Assembly: GCA_028698585.1 (NCBI GenBank)
Contig: JAQVWG010000003.1
Location: 3,518 to 67,517, forward strand
Direction: 5' to 3'
Length of the DNA: 64,000 nt
Source: Clostridia bacterium
GTDB lineage: Bacteria > Bacillota > Clostridia > Christensenellales > CAG-314
The translations under genes were made by a program, and so were the position numbers. Under the pieces are notes generated by a model. It did not search any database, was not told where the DNA came from, and saw only the letters and a program-made list of their open reading frames with translations. Shown one piece after another: positions 1 to 11,101 of this stretch. Numbering within the stretch: the first letter of the stretch is position 1; every line of letters begins with the position of its first letter.

Positions 1-327
1 TTCATGGGAATCGACCATTATAGGCACACTCGTCCCTGTAATAACATGCCGTGTAAGTAAACCATCTGTTGTGGACACGCGTTACTTATACAGGACACTA
101 TATAGTATCTACTGAGCTCCTAGACAACACACAAGAATCAATCTATATGTTACTACACCCCTGTCTGTGCGTATTATATGGCTATTCGTGCCAAGTTATC
201 GCTATAGGATATTGCGCGCAATTATCAGCGTATCAGCGACAGGGCAGTTGTAAATGGCATAGCGCGTCATATAGGTATAATTACGCTTAATCTCGATAGT
301 AACGGTATCTACCGTATAATAGAGCAG

Positions 328-631
328 AGAACTACCCCTCGAATTGATGGGGTAGTTATATTTACAATTATTCTATGCGGACATAACTAATAACAGGTTG
401 TCGTGTGCGATACGTCTAATTATACTCTATATAGGTAATACTGCGTTTCGACTTGCAGAACATTCTTACACGTGCAATAATATTATAAATAGGCAAACTT
501 CACATTGATTGCTGGTGTGCTTAAATTATATTAAACCCATATAAGAAGAACTACCCCTCGAATTGATGGGGTAGTTATATTTACAATTATTCTATGCGGA
601 CATAACTAATAACAGGTTGTCGTGTGCGATA
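328..631. repeat. Two identical 85-bp direct repeats (328-412 and 547-631, period 219 bp), each opening with an ACTACCCC/GGGGTAGT hairpin
   Basis: Read directly. The sequence agaactacccctcgaattgatggggtagttatatttacaattattctatgcggacataactaataacaggttgtcgtgtgcgata occurs twice with no mismatch, in a non-coding spacer. Confidence 0.9.
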
Positions 632-652
632 AGCCAATAATTCGATATAAGG

Positions 653-682
653 AGACTACCCCTTCTATTGAAGGGGTAGTCT
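653..682 (-). terminator. Stem-loop 23 nt downstream of the 705..1040 gene (12-bp perfect stem agactacccctt/aaggggtagtct, 6-nt loop)
   Basis: Inverted repeat read from the sequence. Its core CTACCCC..GGGGTAG is shared with the hairpins in the 85-bp repeats. There is no clean U-tract, so terminator function is inferred from position only. Confidence 0.45.
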
Positions 683-704
683 GCACTAAATAAATTACTT
701 GATT

Positions 705-1040
705 CTATGTAATAGCGCCCTTAACTTGTGACCAAATGTCTGGGAAAAATTGTGGTAGTAGTATAATTGCAAGTAGTACTGCAACTATGATAAACACGAC
801 GAAACCACGCTTAAATGCCAGCTCTAATGCAACAAGTCCAGCCATAATTAAAGCACCGAATCTTGCTACGATATCAACTACGATATTAACATATACCAGT
901 GCTTGTGCGGGTATATTTACCCCCCATGAATTGAGTAGTGCAATTATTGTTGCGCTACCAAGTGCTAATAGAACGACTAAAGCAGCGACCTTTGACAAGA
1001 AGTCAAAAAACTTGTTTAATCCTCCATCATTATCAGCCAT
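705..1040 (-). CDS. Small integral membrane protein, function unknown
   Basis: 111-aa ORF with three long hydrophobic segments (VAALVVLLALGSATIIALL, IVARFGALIMAGLVALELAF, VVFIIVAVLLAIILL). The 736..1092 + ORF is its antisense shadow. Confidence 0.55.
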   Translation of the reverse strand: MADNDGGLNKFFDFLSKVAALVVLLALGSATIIALLNSWGVNIPAQALVYVNIVVDIVARFGALIMAGLVALELAFKRGFVVFIIVAVLLAIILLPQFFPDIWSQVKGAIT

Positions 1041-1181
1041 CCTTAATTACCTCCTTGTTTTAATATGCATATATTATAATATGCTATGTTAATTATCAAT
1101 CACTTATGTGAAAACTGCGTGTGGATTTTGTAAGATTTTGGTGTTATTTTTGACTTTTCCACTTAATTGACAGCGTAAATG

Positions 1182-2081
1182 CTAATTAACGCGTAGATTG
1201 TTAAGAAAACTTAATACATCAGCATATACCTGAGTATTGTTTATCTCGTTGAGCATCTCGTGCCTGCACTCTTGATATATCTTGAGTGTAACATTCTCAC
1301 AGCCAATTCTCTTATAGTAATCAAGTAGTTTGGTCGGACCGACGCCATTATCACCTACAGGATCGCAACTGCCACTGAATATATATATGGGCTTATCCTT
1401 GTCTACGCTTGCTTGAGCCTCACGAGTGTATAGCAACTTGATACCTTGCATAAATGTAGAATAGAAGTTGTTGCTGGCAACATATCCACATGCAGGGTCG
1501 TCATTATATCTTGCGACCACTTCTTCATTGCGTGATAGCCAGTTGTTGGTACCCGGTATCTGTTTCTCGTATGCCTTGAAGGATAAATTAGCCATAGTTA
1601 TGCCGGGAGCCTTCGGGTCCTTATTACACGCCATCTTGGCAATAATTGCGCCCAGTGTAAACAGTGGACTCTTCATATAATTACTGCCAGATAGTATGAA
1701 TGCGATAGGTGTCTTAGACAGACTTATTAGGCGTTGAGTTAAGAAACTGCCGTATGAGTGTCCCATGACTACTATTGGTAAATTATATTTGCCTGCCCAG
1801 TCAGTCAATTCTAGTTGGTCATTGACATTATTGGTCCACATATCTCCCTCTTCATAACCATAACTGTCTGGTGTGGTGCTCAATCCGTGCCCTCTCTGGT
1901 CAACCATTACGACTATTATGCCGTTATTGTTAAGATATCTTGCAAAATCATCATATCTAGCGCTGTGTTCACACATACCGTGTACTAACTGTAGTACCAT
2001 TCTCGGTTGCTCGACCTTGTCCCATACATATAGTGCCAGTTGTTTGCCACTGCTAGTTGTAAACGTGCTAGTAGTAATCAT
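1182..2081 (-). CDS. Alpha/beta-fold hydrolase (lysophospholipase / monoacylglycerol-lipase-like)
   Basis: 299 aa. Contains a nucleophile elbow GHSYG (GxSxG), an N-terminal HGMCEHSARY block typical of the lysophospholipase-like hydrolase family, and a C-terminal His (CRHEM). Confidence 0.8.
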   Translation of the reverse strand: MITTSTFTTSSGKQLALYVWDKVEQPRMVLQLVHGMCEHSARYDDFARYLNNNGIIVVMVDQRGHGLSTTPDSYGYEEGDMWTNNVNDQLELTDWAGKYNLPIVVMGHSYGSFLTQRLISLSKTPIAFILSGSNYMKSPLFTLGAIIAKMACNKDPKAPGITMANLSFKAYEKQIPGTNNWLSRNEEVVARYNDDPACGYVASNNFYSTFMQGIKLLYTREAQASVDKDKPIYIFSGSCDPVGDNGVGPTKLLDYYKRIGCENVTLKIYQECRHEMLNEINNTQVYADVLSFLNNLRVN

Positions 2082-2161
2082 AGTTATTATCTCCTTATAA
2101 GGTATTAATAGGTTTAGTATATTATGATAAAAGTGTCAGTATCGCTCTAATATCATCAAAC

Positions 2162-3673
2162 TCATTCTATCCAATTAAGGCACCTAGATACTGCCCTCTG
2201 CCAACCTGCGTACAGTTGATTAACCTGACTTAGGTCCATAGCGGGGGTAAACTGCCTCTCTATTCGGTGGTTATGTGAGATATCTTGAAGGCTATTAAAC
2301 ACACCCAATCCCAGTCCACATAGATAGATTGCACCCAGTGCCGTAGTCTCAGTGCTAGCCGGCCGTACTATGTTGACACCCAGCATATCTGACTGGAACT
2401 GAACTAGGAAGTCGTTAGCACTGGCGCCACCGTCTACTGCTATTGTGTGAATAAGACTGTTGCTGTCCTTCTGCATGGATGTCAATATATCTTTGACAGA
2501 ATATGCGATAGATTCTAGCGTGGCACGTATTATGTGGCTTTTTTCGGTATTGCGTGTTATGCCTATTATCATGCCACGAGCGTTTTGATTCCAATAAGGT
2601 GCGCCCAGCCCTGTAAAAGCAGGCACTACATATACTCCGTCACTGCCCTTGCTACCATCTCCGTTGACAGCACTCTGTGCCCAGTCGCAACTCTGGCACG
2701 AGTTGTCAAAAAACTTGAGGTTATCTCTCAACCACTGTACGCTACTGCCTGCATTAAATATACTGCCTTCTAGTGCATAAGTAGGTTTGCCATTGATTGT
2801 CCATGCAACTGTTGATAACATATTGTTGCTAGATACAGTTACCTTATCTCCCATATTCATTAGGATAAAACAGCCTGTACCATATGTTATTTTGGCGTCC
2901 CCTTGCATATAACACGTCTGCCCGAACAGTGCGCTCTGCTGGTCGCCACAGATACCACATATAGTAATGGGGGTGCGAAGTACCCTAGTCTGTCCAACGG
3001 CACAATTACTGTCAACCACTTTAGGCATCATACACTTGGGTATGTCGAAAAAATCCAGTAACTCATCATCCCACTCTAACGTGTTGATGTTAAACAGCAT
3101 GGTGCGACTGGCGTTACTTGCGTCCGTGACGAACACTTCGCCGTCAGTTAATTTATAGATTATCCATGTATCGATGGTGCCGCACATCAGTTGACCTGCC
3201 TGAGCCTTACGCCTAGCGCCCGGCACATTGTCTAGTATCCACTTGATTTTGCTTGCTGAGAAATAAGCATCTACTATCAGTCCTGTCTTTCCTCGAATGG
3301 TATCAACCGCCTGCTTATCTTGTTTTAACTCATCACAGTATTTGGCAGTCCTGCGACATTGCCAAACGATAGCGTTATATATGGGCTCGCCCGTCTGCTT
3401 ATCCCATACGACTACAGTTTCCCTCTGATTGGTGATACCGATGCCGATAATCTCTCTAGTATCTATACCTGTCTTGGCAATCAACTCATTAAGTGCGCCG
3501 AACTGGTGTGCCCACACCTCGGTAGCCTTCTGTTCCACCCAGCCTGACTGGGGGTAGTAGAGTGGAAAAGTATGCGATACCATATCGACTATGTTCTTGC
3601 TTACGGTATCGAAACATAGACACCTTGCGCTTGAAGTGCCCTCGTCTAATGCTAAAATGTATCTTTTTTTCAT
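2162..3673 (-). CDS. glpK: Glycerol kinase
   Basis: 503 aa with FGGY-kinase motifs ILALDEGTSSAR, GITNQRETVVVWD, GDQQSALFGQ and VDGGAS. Full length with no disruptions. Confidence 0.95.
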   Translation of the reverse strand: MKKRYILALDEGTSSARCLCFDTVSKNIVDMVSHTFPLYYPQSGWVEQKATEVWAHQFGALNELIAKTGIDTREIIGIGITNQRETVVVWDKQTGEPIYNAIVWQCRRTAKYCDELKQDKQAVDTIRGKTGLIVDAYFSASKIKWILDNVPGARRKAQAGQLMCGTIDTWIIYKLTDGEVFVTDASNASRTMLFNINTLEWDDELLDFFDIPKCMMPKVVDSNCAVGQTRVLRTPITICGICGDQQSALFGQTCYMQGDAKITYGTGCFILMNMGDKVTVSSNNMLSTVAWTINGKPTYALEGSIFNAGSSVQWLRDNLKFFDNSCQSCDWAQSAVNGDGSKGSDGVYVVPAFTGLGAPYWNQNARGMIIGITRNTEKSHIIRATLESIAYSVKDILTSMQKDSNSLIHTIAVDGGASANDFLVQFQSDMLGVNIVRPASTETTALGAIYLCGLGLGVFNSLQDISHNHRIERQFTPAMDLSQVNQLYAGWQRAVSRCLNWIE

Positions 3674-4010
3674 ATCGATTCCTCTGGTTATTCGATTGTG
3701 ACTGCTTAGTGTTTACTTACTCTGCAAGCAGTGTTGATGATAATAACTAGCGTGTGATGTATAACCGTGTGATTGCCGTATGTATTCGACTACTTAAGAG
3801 TAGTAATGTCGTAACTTGCCTGAGTTGTCGTAAAGAGTGTTGACATTAATAATTATTTACTTGGCACGTAATGCTACTGACAGTGCAACCCCGTGCTATA
3901 CGACACAAGATTTGGTCAGTATTTACTTACTCTGCAACTTATATAGTTGCTAGCTTGCGTGTGTGGTATATGAATTGCCTTAACGCTAATAGGTTGAACG
4001 TATTGGCAAC

Positions 4011-4787
4011 CTATATGGGCAACTGGGCAATAGAGGGCAGACAGTAGTCAACTGTTAGTCCACTGGCATTCAACATATCTATACTGGTCTCGCCACTCAG
4101 CACCAACACTGATAAGAATGAGTTATTGATAGCGAACTGTATATCTGTGTATAATCTGTCTCCTACGAATGCTATCTGGCTCTTGTCTATGTTGAACTTA
4201 CTTGCTATGGCATCACCCATAAGTGTCGACGGTTTACCACAGTCAATGGTGGGTAGCTGGCCACAAGACTTGTGTATGAGCGCAACGAAGCACCCAACAT
4301 CGGGCAAATAGACTGGATACGCAGGGCAGTTGATGTCGCTGTGTGTAACCATATACTCAGCACCCTGAACAATATAGGTAACGGCATTAGATAGTTTAGC
4401 ATAGTCTAGAGTGGTATCGTAGCCAACGAGCACTATGTCTGGTTGCGAATCAACCAGTTGAACGCCCGACTCACGTAACTGCTGTGCAAGTGCAGGTGTC
4501 CCAACTAGGTAGACTCGTTTACCCCGTCTGTAACTGTTAAGAAATCTTATAGCACTATCGCCCGAAGTATATATCTGCTCTCTGGTGGCTGTGATACCCA
4601 GTTGAGACAGTTTAGCCATATAGTCTGCAGGACTCTTACTGCTGTTGTTGGTTACATAACACACCTGTCTACCCGATTGCACTATGGCGTCAATTCTGTC
4701 CTTAGCACCATTGATAAGAGTGTTGTCCACATAGATTGTACCGTCTAGGTCTAACAAAAATAGTTTAATGTCACGCGTTGTTCTCAT
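4011..4787 (-). CDS. HAD-IIA family phosphatase (NagD/YutF-like)
   Basis: 258 aa. Motif I is LLDLDGTIY, followed by VTNNS and motif IV VGDRLYTDI. Confidence 0.8.
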   Translation of the reverse strand: MRTTRDIKLFLLDLDGTIYVDNTLINGAKDRIDAIVQSGRQVCYVTNNSSKSPADYMAKLSQLGITATREQIYTSGDSAIRFLNSYRRGKRVYLVGTPALAQQLRESGVQLVDSQPDIVLVGYDTTLDYAKLSNAVTYIVQGAEYMVTHSDINCPAYPVYLPDVGCFVALIHKSCGQLPTIDCGKPSTLMGDAIASKFNIDKSQIAFVGDRLYTDIQFAINNSFLSVLVLSGETSIDMLNASGLTVDYCLPSIAQLPI

Positions 4788-5003
4788 ATATACCCACTAA
4801 TGATTGACTTACTTATATATTCTAACCCCAAGTGTCCTCAAAGTCAACATCTGTTTACAAAAAACGAAAGATTTACGCATAATTGTGAATGAACATTATG
4901 AAAAAATATACACAATCATTTATAATTATGCAATAATGTTTGATTGTAACAATTTGTGGAGCAAAAGTGTGCAAAAATGATGTATTATTATGCAGAATAC
5001 TAC

Positions 5004-5032
5004 TTGATTTATAACTCAATATGTGCTATAAT
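5004..5032 (+). promoter_or_regulatory. Sigma-A-type promoter candidate: TTGATT, 17 nt, TGcTATAAT (extended -10)
   Basis: Hexamers read at 5004-5009 and 5027-5032 with TG at 5023-5024, 107 nt upstream of the 5139 start. Confidence 0.5.
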
Positions 5033-5138
5033 ACAATTGTATATTAGCTATGTTGGTGTTCAACTGTACTGATTGGACATAATCAATCGTGTATGCACGA
5101 TATTATTGACTAGGATTGATACTGCAGGAGGTATGTGA

Positions 5139-7100
5139 GTGGCAGAATATAAGGCAAAAGATATTCAAGTGTTAGGTGGACTGGATGCAGTCCGTATGAG
5201 GCCTGGTATGTACATTGGTACGACCAGTAGTAGAGGATTACATCACTTGCTGTGGGAGATAGTAGACAATGCAGTAGATGAGGGTAGTAATGGATACGCT
5301 ACTAGGATAGAAATAACACTTAATGAGGACAACAGCGTAACAGTAGAGGATAACGGCAGAGGCATTCCGGTGGACATTCACCCCGACCTCAAGGTGTCGG
5401 CAGTGGAAGTAGTATATACGCAACTGCATGCAGGTGGCAAGTTCAACACCAACAATTACGCATACTCGGGTGGTCTGCACGGTGTGGGCGCATCCGTTAC
5501 TAACGCTCTATCTGAGTTCCTCGAGGTAGAGGTATACAAGAACGGATACGTATATTACCAGAAGTTCACTTCTCATCCTGATTCTAACAACCCGTCCAAA
5601 ATTATATCTGGCGACCCTGTTGAGCCCCTCAAGAAGATGGGCAAGACGGATAAGAATGGTACCAGAGTTACATTCCTACCAGATACAAGAGTATTCGGCA
5701 GTGTGGCAATGAATTATGAGGTTGTCAATAAGAGGATTAATGAGTTAGCGTTTCTCAATAACGGACTTGAGTTCATTCTCAACGACAAGCGACAATCAGA
5801 CGACCTATCCCAGTCACTGAAGAAGATTTATAAGTACGACGGTGGTATTGCAGACTTTGTTAAAGATATCAACCAGAACAAGATACCACTTCACCTCAAG
5901 GTGCTCTTCGGCGAAGGACAGAATGAGGTTATGAAACTGTCTTTTGCATTGCAGTACACCAATAGTTACAGCGAGACAGTAGTAAGCTATGTCAATAATA
6001 TCCCTACTCCTGAGGGTGGTATGCATGAAACGGGCGTTAAGAATGCAATAACCAAGGTGTTCAACGCATACGCAAGGAAAAGAGGACTACTCAAGGATAA
6101 GGATGACAATCTGCTGGGCGAGGATTACAGAGAGGGTATCTCCTGTATTATCAGCGTTCGTATGTCTAACGTGCAGTTCGAAGGGCAGACCAAGACTAAA
6201 CTAGGTAATGCCGAAGCGCGCCCTGCAGCCGAGCAGATTGTAACGGATTTGCTCACCGATATGCTGGAAAAAGAAAAGGATATAGGCGACATAATAATCA
6301 AAAAATCCATAGCAAGCGCCAACGCAAGAGAGGCGTCTCGCAAGGCCAAGGAGTTGACAAGGGCTAAGAACACCATACTCAACAGTAATCTAGTTGGCAA
6401 ACTCGCCTCATGTACCGGTAAGGATTATTCCAAGAACGAATTATTCATAGTTGAGGGCGACAGCGCAGGTGGTTCTGCCAAGCAGGCTAGGGACAAAAAA
6501 TATCAAGCCATATTGCCCCTACGCGGTAAACCACTCAATGTAGAGCGTAGTAGACTGGACAAGGTGCTAGAGAATGAGGAGTTCAGGTCTATTATTACTG
6601 CCCTTGACACAAGTATCGGTGATGACTTTGACCTGCAGAGCCTTAAGTATGACAAAATCATTATTTTGAGCGATGCTGACCAAGACGGCGCACACATAAG
6701 AGCTATTCTATTGACATTCTTTTTCCGTTATATGAAGGAACTACTAATGAATGGACATGTGTATATAGGTATGCCACCACTGTATAAGGTCAGCAAGAAG
6801 GACAAAGTGATGTACGCATATGACGACAGAGAGTTGACCAATGTCATGAACGAAATAGGGCGCAGTCCTGAGTTACAGAGATATAAGGGGCTGGGCGAGA
6901 TGAATGCTACTCAACTGTGGGACACCACAATGAATCCGGAGAGCAGGGTGCTTATGCGTGTTACCATTGATGACGCAGCCGAAGCAGAAAAGATGGTTAC
7001 AATGTTAATGGGCGACAAGGTAGACGCAAGACGCAGTTTCATTATAGAACACGCCGACTTTAATAAGGATAAGGACGAAACATTCGAGTCATACGTATAG
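5139..7100 (+). CDS. parE: Type IIA topoisomerase subunit B (GyrB/ParE family; ParE-like by context)
   Basis: 653 aa. GTG start preceded by AGGAGG. GHKL motifs GLHHLLWEIVDNAVDE and GGLHGVGASVTNALS. Toprim motifs ELFIVEGDSAGGSAKQARD and LSDADQDGAHI, plus RYKGLGEM. The ParE versus GyrB assignment rests on the partner subunit (see 7192..9672). Confidence 0.9.
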   Translation: MAEYKAKDIQVLGGLDAVRMRPGMYIGTTSSRGLHHLLWEIVDNAVDEGSNGYATRIEITLNEDNSVTVEDNGRGIPVDIHPDLKVSAVEVVYTQLHAGGKFNTNNYAYSGGLHGVGASVTNALSEFLEVEVYKNGYVYYQKFTSHPDSNNPSKIISGDPVEPLKKMGKTDKNGTRVTFLPDTRVFGSVAMNYEVVNKRINELAFLNNGLEFILNDKRQSDDLSQSLKKIYKYDGGIADFVKDINQNKIPLHLKVLFGEGQNEVMKLSFALQYTNSYSETVVSYVNNIPTPEGGMHETGVKNAITKVFNAYARKRGLLKDKDDNLLGEDYREGISCIISVRMSNVQFEGQTKTKLGNAEARPAAEQIVTDLLTDMLEKEKDIGDIIIKKSIASANAREASRKAKELTRAKNTILNSNLVGKLASCTGKDYSKNELFIVEGDSAGGSAKQARDKKYQAILPLRGKPLNVERSRLDKVLENEEFRSIITALDTSIGDDFDLQSLKYDKIIILSDADQDGAHIRAILLTFFFRYMKELLMNGHVYIGMPPLYKVSKKDKVMYAYDDRELTNVMNEIGRSPELQRYKGLGEMNATQLWDTTMNPESRVLMRVTIDDAAEAEKMVTMLMGDKVDARRSFIIEHADFNKDKDETFESYV

Positions 7101-7191
7101 AATGTGTTAATAACTGTCCCATATCTTGAGTTGTCAGTATTTCTGATTATCTCGGCACGATTACACGCAAGCATTATTTAGGAGAGAACTA

Positions 7192-9672
7192 ATGAAGCAA
7201 TTAGAGTTCGATAATATAATAGAAGATACTATCAAAATGGATGACGGGTCCACACTATTGGTTAAGGATATGGAGACCGTTATGCAGGATTCCATGATGC
7301 CATATGCTGAGTACGTCATTATGGATAGAGCAATACCTCGTGTAGAGGATGGACTTAAACCGGTGCAAAGGCGCATTCTATATGCCATGCTAGACCTCGG
7401 CATTACCCCTGATAAACCATACAAGAAGTCTGCCAGAATAGTCGGTGAGTGCCTAGGCAAGTATCACCCACATGGTGATTCTTCCGTGTACAACGCCATG
7501 GTGCGTATGGCACAGCCATTCAATATGAATAGCCCTCTTGTAGAAGGACAAGGCAATTTTGGCTCCATTGACGGAGACGGTGCTGCAGCAATGCGTTACA
7601 CCGAGGCTAGGCTGTCCGAACTGGCTATGGAGTTACTTAAGGATATAGATAAGAACACGGTTAAATGGTCACGCAATTTTGACGACTCCACTAAGGAGCC
7701 AGATATGTTGCCCGGCAGATTTCCCAATCTGTTAGTGAACGGTGCCAGCGGTATTGCAGTAGGACTCGCAACCAACATACCTCCACATAACCTAAGCGAA
7801 GTAATCAACGGTGTGGTAGCATATATTGATAATAATAAGGTCAGTTTGCAGACCATGATGAAGTATATATCTGGACCTGATTTTCCATCTGGCGGGTACT
7901 GTATAGGTGGCGAGGGATTAGTGCAGGCATACGAGACAGGTAAGGGCAGGATATTACTTCGTGCCAAGTGTAGTATAGAGAGACAGGACAACGGTAGGGA
8001 ACAGATAGTTATTACGGAGTTGCCCTATCAAGTCAACAAGAGTCAACTGCTCATAGACATTATGAAACTGCGTGAGGACAGGAAAGAGCAACTGGCAGGA
8101 ATAGCCGAGATAGTAGATGAGTCTGATAAGGATGGGATAAGGGCTGTCATTAAGATTAAGAAGGATTTTGACAGCGAGAAAATACTCGCACTGCTGTTCA
8201 AATATACCAATTTACAGATTTCGTTCAGTATCAATATGGTGGCAATAGCAGACGGCAAGCCTCAACTAATGGGACTATTAGACATTATCGCATACTACAC
8301 CAACTATCAGCGCTCGGTAGTGCTGTTTAGAACCAAGTTCGAGTTGGAAGAAGCTAGGGCTCGTATGCATATATTAGAGGGCTTGGTTATAGCGGTAACC
8401 AACATCGATGAAGTTATCAAGATAATCAAGTCGGCTGCCAGTACTACTGACGCCAAACAAAAACTGCGAGTGAGATTCGACTTATCGGACAAGCAGGCGC
8501 AGGCAATACTGGACTTAAGACTGGCAAGACTGACTAAACTCGAAATAACCAAACTAATGCAGGAGTTGGAGGACTTAAGACGACTTGTAGACAGATTAGA
8601 GTCCATTGTACGCTCACCAAAGCTACTGATGGAAGTAGTTAAGGAAGAACTCATTGCAATCAAGAAGGCGTATAAAGCAGACCGCAAGTCTACAATCATA
8701 GACTCCGAGGACTATGCTGTAGTCGACATAATCAGCAACGAGATTGCCGAGGAATCAACAGTAGTATGCGTGACAACAGAGGGACTCATTAAGCGTTGTG
8801 GTACCAAGAACTATGCACTATCCAATAAGGATTTGAATGATATCAACGGGTTACCGTTACTCACCAGAGAGGTAATCGCAACTAATACGACACGCAGGCT
8901 GATGTTCTTTACGAGCATGGGCAACTGTTATAGAATAGAGGCAGGGCGTATACCAGACGGCAAGTATAAGGATGACGCAATCAACATTTCCGCTGTATTC
9001 CAACTGCAACAAGACGAGAAAGTAATCAAAGTGTTCGAGTTGCCAGTCGACGGAGTACCTGACGGCGAGTTACTGTTCTACACTAAACTAGGCCTCATTA
9101 AGCGCAGTAAATGGGAGGAGTATGCACTACTTAAGACCGGATTCGTAGGATATAAGGGTAAGGACGATGACGAAGTTATCAAGATTGAACAATTAGATAA
9201 CAACAAGCCCAACATATTATATGTTACAAAAGATGGTATGTGTATCAATTTTGCGCTCAGTGAGGTGCCTTTGCAGGGCAGAGTTGCAGGTGGCGTCAAG
9301 GGTATGATGCTGAGTGACAACGATTACGTAGTATTCTGTGGGCAGGTGGATGACACTAGCCAAGTAGCTATTGTTACCGACAAGGGCTTCGCTAAGAAGG
9401 TGGCTGTGAACGAAATTACGCCCATTACTCGTTACCGCAAGGGTGTCAAGATATGTGATATGACTACCAGTAATGGTAAGAGCGTATTACACGCAACGCT
9501 TGCTGATGGTACCAACTACATGGTTCTTGTCGATTCGGTGGGGGTACTGACCCTTAACACTGATGATATTGCCCTAGAATCCAGAACCAGCCGTGGTAAG
9601 CTCTGTAAGGGCAAAAAGAAAAATTCTCAAATTAATTTCGTAATAGGCTATACAAATGCCGTACAGAAGTGA
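7192..9672 (+). CDS. parC: Type IIA topoisomerase subunit A (GyrA/ParC family; ParC-like, no GyrA box seen)
   Basis: 826 aa. Contains [37 protein letters not shown] and the catalytic-Tyr block [12 protein letters not shown] could not find a QxRGGxG GyrA box at the start of the C-terminal domain, and no dnaA/dnaN/recF lie upstream. Confidence 0.85.
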   Translation: MKQLEFDNIIEDTIKMDDGSTLLVKDMETVMQDSMMPYAEYVIMDRAIPRVEDGLKPVQRRILYAMLDLGITPDKPYKKSARIVGECLGKYHPHGDSSVYNAMVRMAQPFNMNSPLVEGQGNFGSIDGDGAAAMRYTEARLSELAMELLKDIDKNTVKWSRNFDDSTKEPDMLPGRFPNLLVNGASGIAVGLATNIPPHNLSEVINGVVAYIDNNKVSLQTMMKYISGPDFPSGGYCIGGEGLVQAYETGKGRILLRAKCSIERQDNGREQIVITELPYQVNKSQLLIDIMKLREDRKEQLAGIAEIVDESDKDGIRAVIKIKKDFDSEKILALLFKYTNLQISFSINMVAIADGKPQLMGLLDIIAYYTNYQRSVVLFRTKFELEEARARMHILEGLVIAVTNIDEVIKIIKSAASTTDAKQKLRVRFDLSDKQAQAILDLRLARLTKLEITKLMQELEDLRRLVDRLESIVRSPKLLMEVVKEELIAIKKAYKADRKSTIIDSEDYAVVDIISNEIAEESTVVCVTTEGLIKRCGTKNYALSNKDLNDINGLPLLTREVIATNTTRRLMFFTSMGNCYRIEAGRIPDGKYKDDAINISAVFQLQQDEKVIKVFELPVDGVPDGELLFYTKLGLIKRSKWEEYALLKTGFVGYKGKDDDEVIKIEQLDNNKPNILYVTKDGMCINFALSEVPLQGRVAGGVKGMMLSDNDYVVFCGQVDDTSQVAIVTDKGFAKKVAVNEITPITRYRKGVKICDMTTSNGKSVLHATLADGTNYMVLVDSVGVLTLNTDDIALESRTSRGKLCKGKKKNSQINFVIGYTNAVQK

Positions 9673-9732
9673 TATAATAGTAAAATCAAGTATAATAGAC
9701 AATTATCAAGCAATCATATGGAGGGATATGGT

Positions 9733-10341
9733 ATGTTAAAGAGAATTACATCTATACTGTTGATAATAGTTCTTGCAGTTGCCATGGTCGTTATGACGGG
9801 GTGCGCTGGGACTAGAATGGAGACAATGTACTGGAAACTAGAGAAAGTGTTCGGTTGGGAGTATGTTGACGATGAAGGTGTCGAAGATGTCTATGCACCT
9901 ATCGATTATTATATAACAGAAGTTATGCAACCCAGATATGAGCAAGCCAAGACAAATGACGGCTATAGTGATAGTTATGAACAGTTCCTTAGAGATTATG
10001 AAGACAGACTCATAACGACTATCGTGTTGTTCGGCACATATAATACTTACATAGAGCAATACCGTGCTGGCAGGGCAATGACTGATGGTAGCTATGTACT
10101 GTATTATAATGGGGGGTTCTATGTGCTTGATACGGTCAATGAGCAGTATCATGCGCTATCGTCTAGTGATTATACAGTAGTTGAGCATGCTGATGTTGCA
10201 GACCCTAATTCTTTGCCGACCAAGATTGTATATGACTTCTCCGGTACTTTACCGAATATATACTCTGTGCGTATGAGTAACGGTGCAGTACAGAATGTAT
10301 CTCCTGCGTCTGCATACGATGTATTCATATATCTAACTTAG
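9733..10341 (+). CDS. Lipoprotein, function unknown
   Basis: Signal peptide with a lipobox-like VMTGC. GGAGGG lies 7 nt before the ATG at 9733, while the ORF-track start at 9718 overlaps that RBS. Followed by a strong terminator. Confidence 0.65.
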   Translation: MLKRITSILLIIVLAVAMVVMTGCAGTRMETMYWKLEKVFGWEYVDDEGVEDVYAPIDYYITEVMQPRYEQAKTNDGYSDSYEQFLRDYEDRLITTIVLFGTYNTYIEQYRAGRAMTDGSYVLYYNGGFYVLDTVNEQYHALSSSDYTVVEHADVADPNSLPTKIVYDFSGTLPNIYSVRMSNGAVQNVSPASAYDVFIYLT

Positions 10342-10368
10342 ATATTACATTCAGCTATAACAATAACA

Positions 10369-10406
10369 ATGCACTTAACAGTATTATCTGTTAAGTGCAT
10401 TTTATT
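10369..10406 (+). terminator. Rho-independent terminator (13-bp stem atgcacttaacag/ctgttaagtgcat, then TTTATT)
   Basis: Perfect inverted repeat with a T-rich tail, read from the sequence between convergent genes. Confidence 0.8.
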
Positions 10407-10412
10407 GTAGCG

Positions 10413-11081
10413 TTATTCGCAGGTGGCTGCAGTTTGGTCGACATTCTCATCATACTGAACCGGTTCCGTGACAGCATTACAGTCGATTTTGTTAATGCTG
10501 ACTTCGAATGCAGTGCGGTTCTCGCTGAGTTGCTCAGTGATTTTCTTTACGTACTGCCTAGATTGAATGCGTCCGGTTACAGTCAGCCTGTCGCCGATAC
10601 TTAGTGACCTAATGTAGCGAGCATTTCGTCCCCATGCGATACAAGGTATGTAATCGCTCTTGTTATATGCTCTGTTGACTGCCAGTAAACAATCGCATAT
10701 CTCACGCATGAAAGGCGTAGTGCGAAATATAGGCTCCTTACAGATAAAGCCACTCAACTCTATAGAGTTGGTGTATGCATCATCATAGGGGAGTAAATCT
10801 CGTATGAACACCGTTAGCATTAGACGGCTACGCTCTTTGTCAATCTTGTTGTAACTGCGAAATTGCCCTTTAATGCAGACAAAATCGCCCTCATTAAGCG
10901 TTCTATCTGCCATGAGTCGTTCCGAAAGCGTTATAGGAACGACGTCAGTCATACCCGATAGTCGTTGGACCGAGATAGTAGTACAAAAAAACTTTTCGCC
11001 ATAGACCTCGTGGGAGTAGACTAAACTAGCGGTGATTTGTCCGGATAGAGTAACTGAATTGGTGGTGGTGAGTGTTTCCAT
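10413..11081 (-). CDS. SSB-like protein with two OB-fold-like halves
   Basis: 222 aa. The pattern SHEVYGEKFF..V.RLSG..DV.PITLSERL...GDFV.IKGQFRSYN....RLMLTVF recurs in the second half (..CIAWGRNARY...L.IGDRLTVTGRIQSRQY). It matches my recollection of the Clostridia proteins annotated as single-stranded DNA-binding protein. Confidence 0.55.
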   Translation of the reverse strand: METLTTTNSVTLSGQITASLVYSHEVYGEKFFCTTISVQRLSGMTDVVPITLSERLMADRTLNEGDFVCIKGQFRSYNKIDKERSRLMLTVFIRDLLPYDDAYTNSIELSGFICKEPIFRTTPFMREICDCLLAVNRAYNKSDYIPCIAWGRNARYIRSLSIGDRLTVTGRIQSRQYVKKITEQLSENRTAFEVSINKIDCNAVTEPVQYDENVDQTAATCE

Positions 11082-11101
11082 TGTGTTATATCTCCTGTAT
11101 T

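Noticed and set aside
5139-9672. The possibility that this is the gyrB-gyrA pair marking the replication origin region.
   Set aside because: No dnaA, dnaN or recF lie upstream (a HAD phosphatase and glpK are there instead). I saw no DnaA-box cluster in 4788-5138, and the A subunit lacks a GyrA box.
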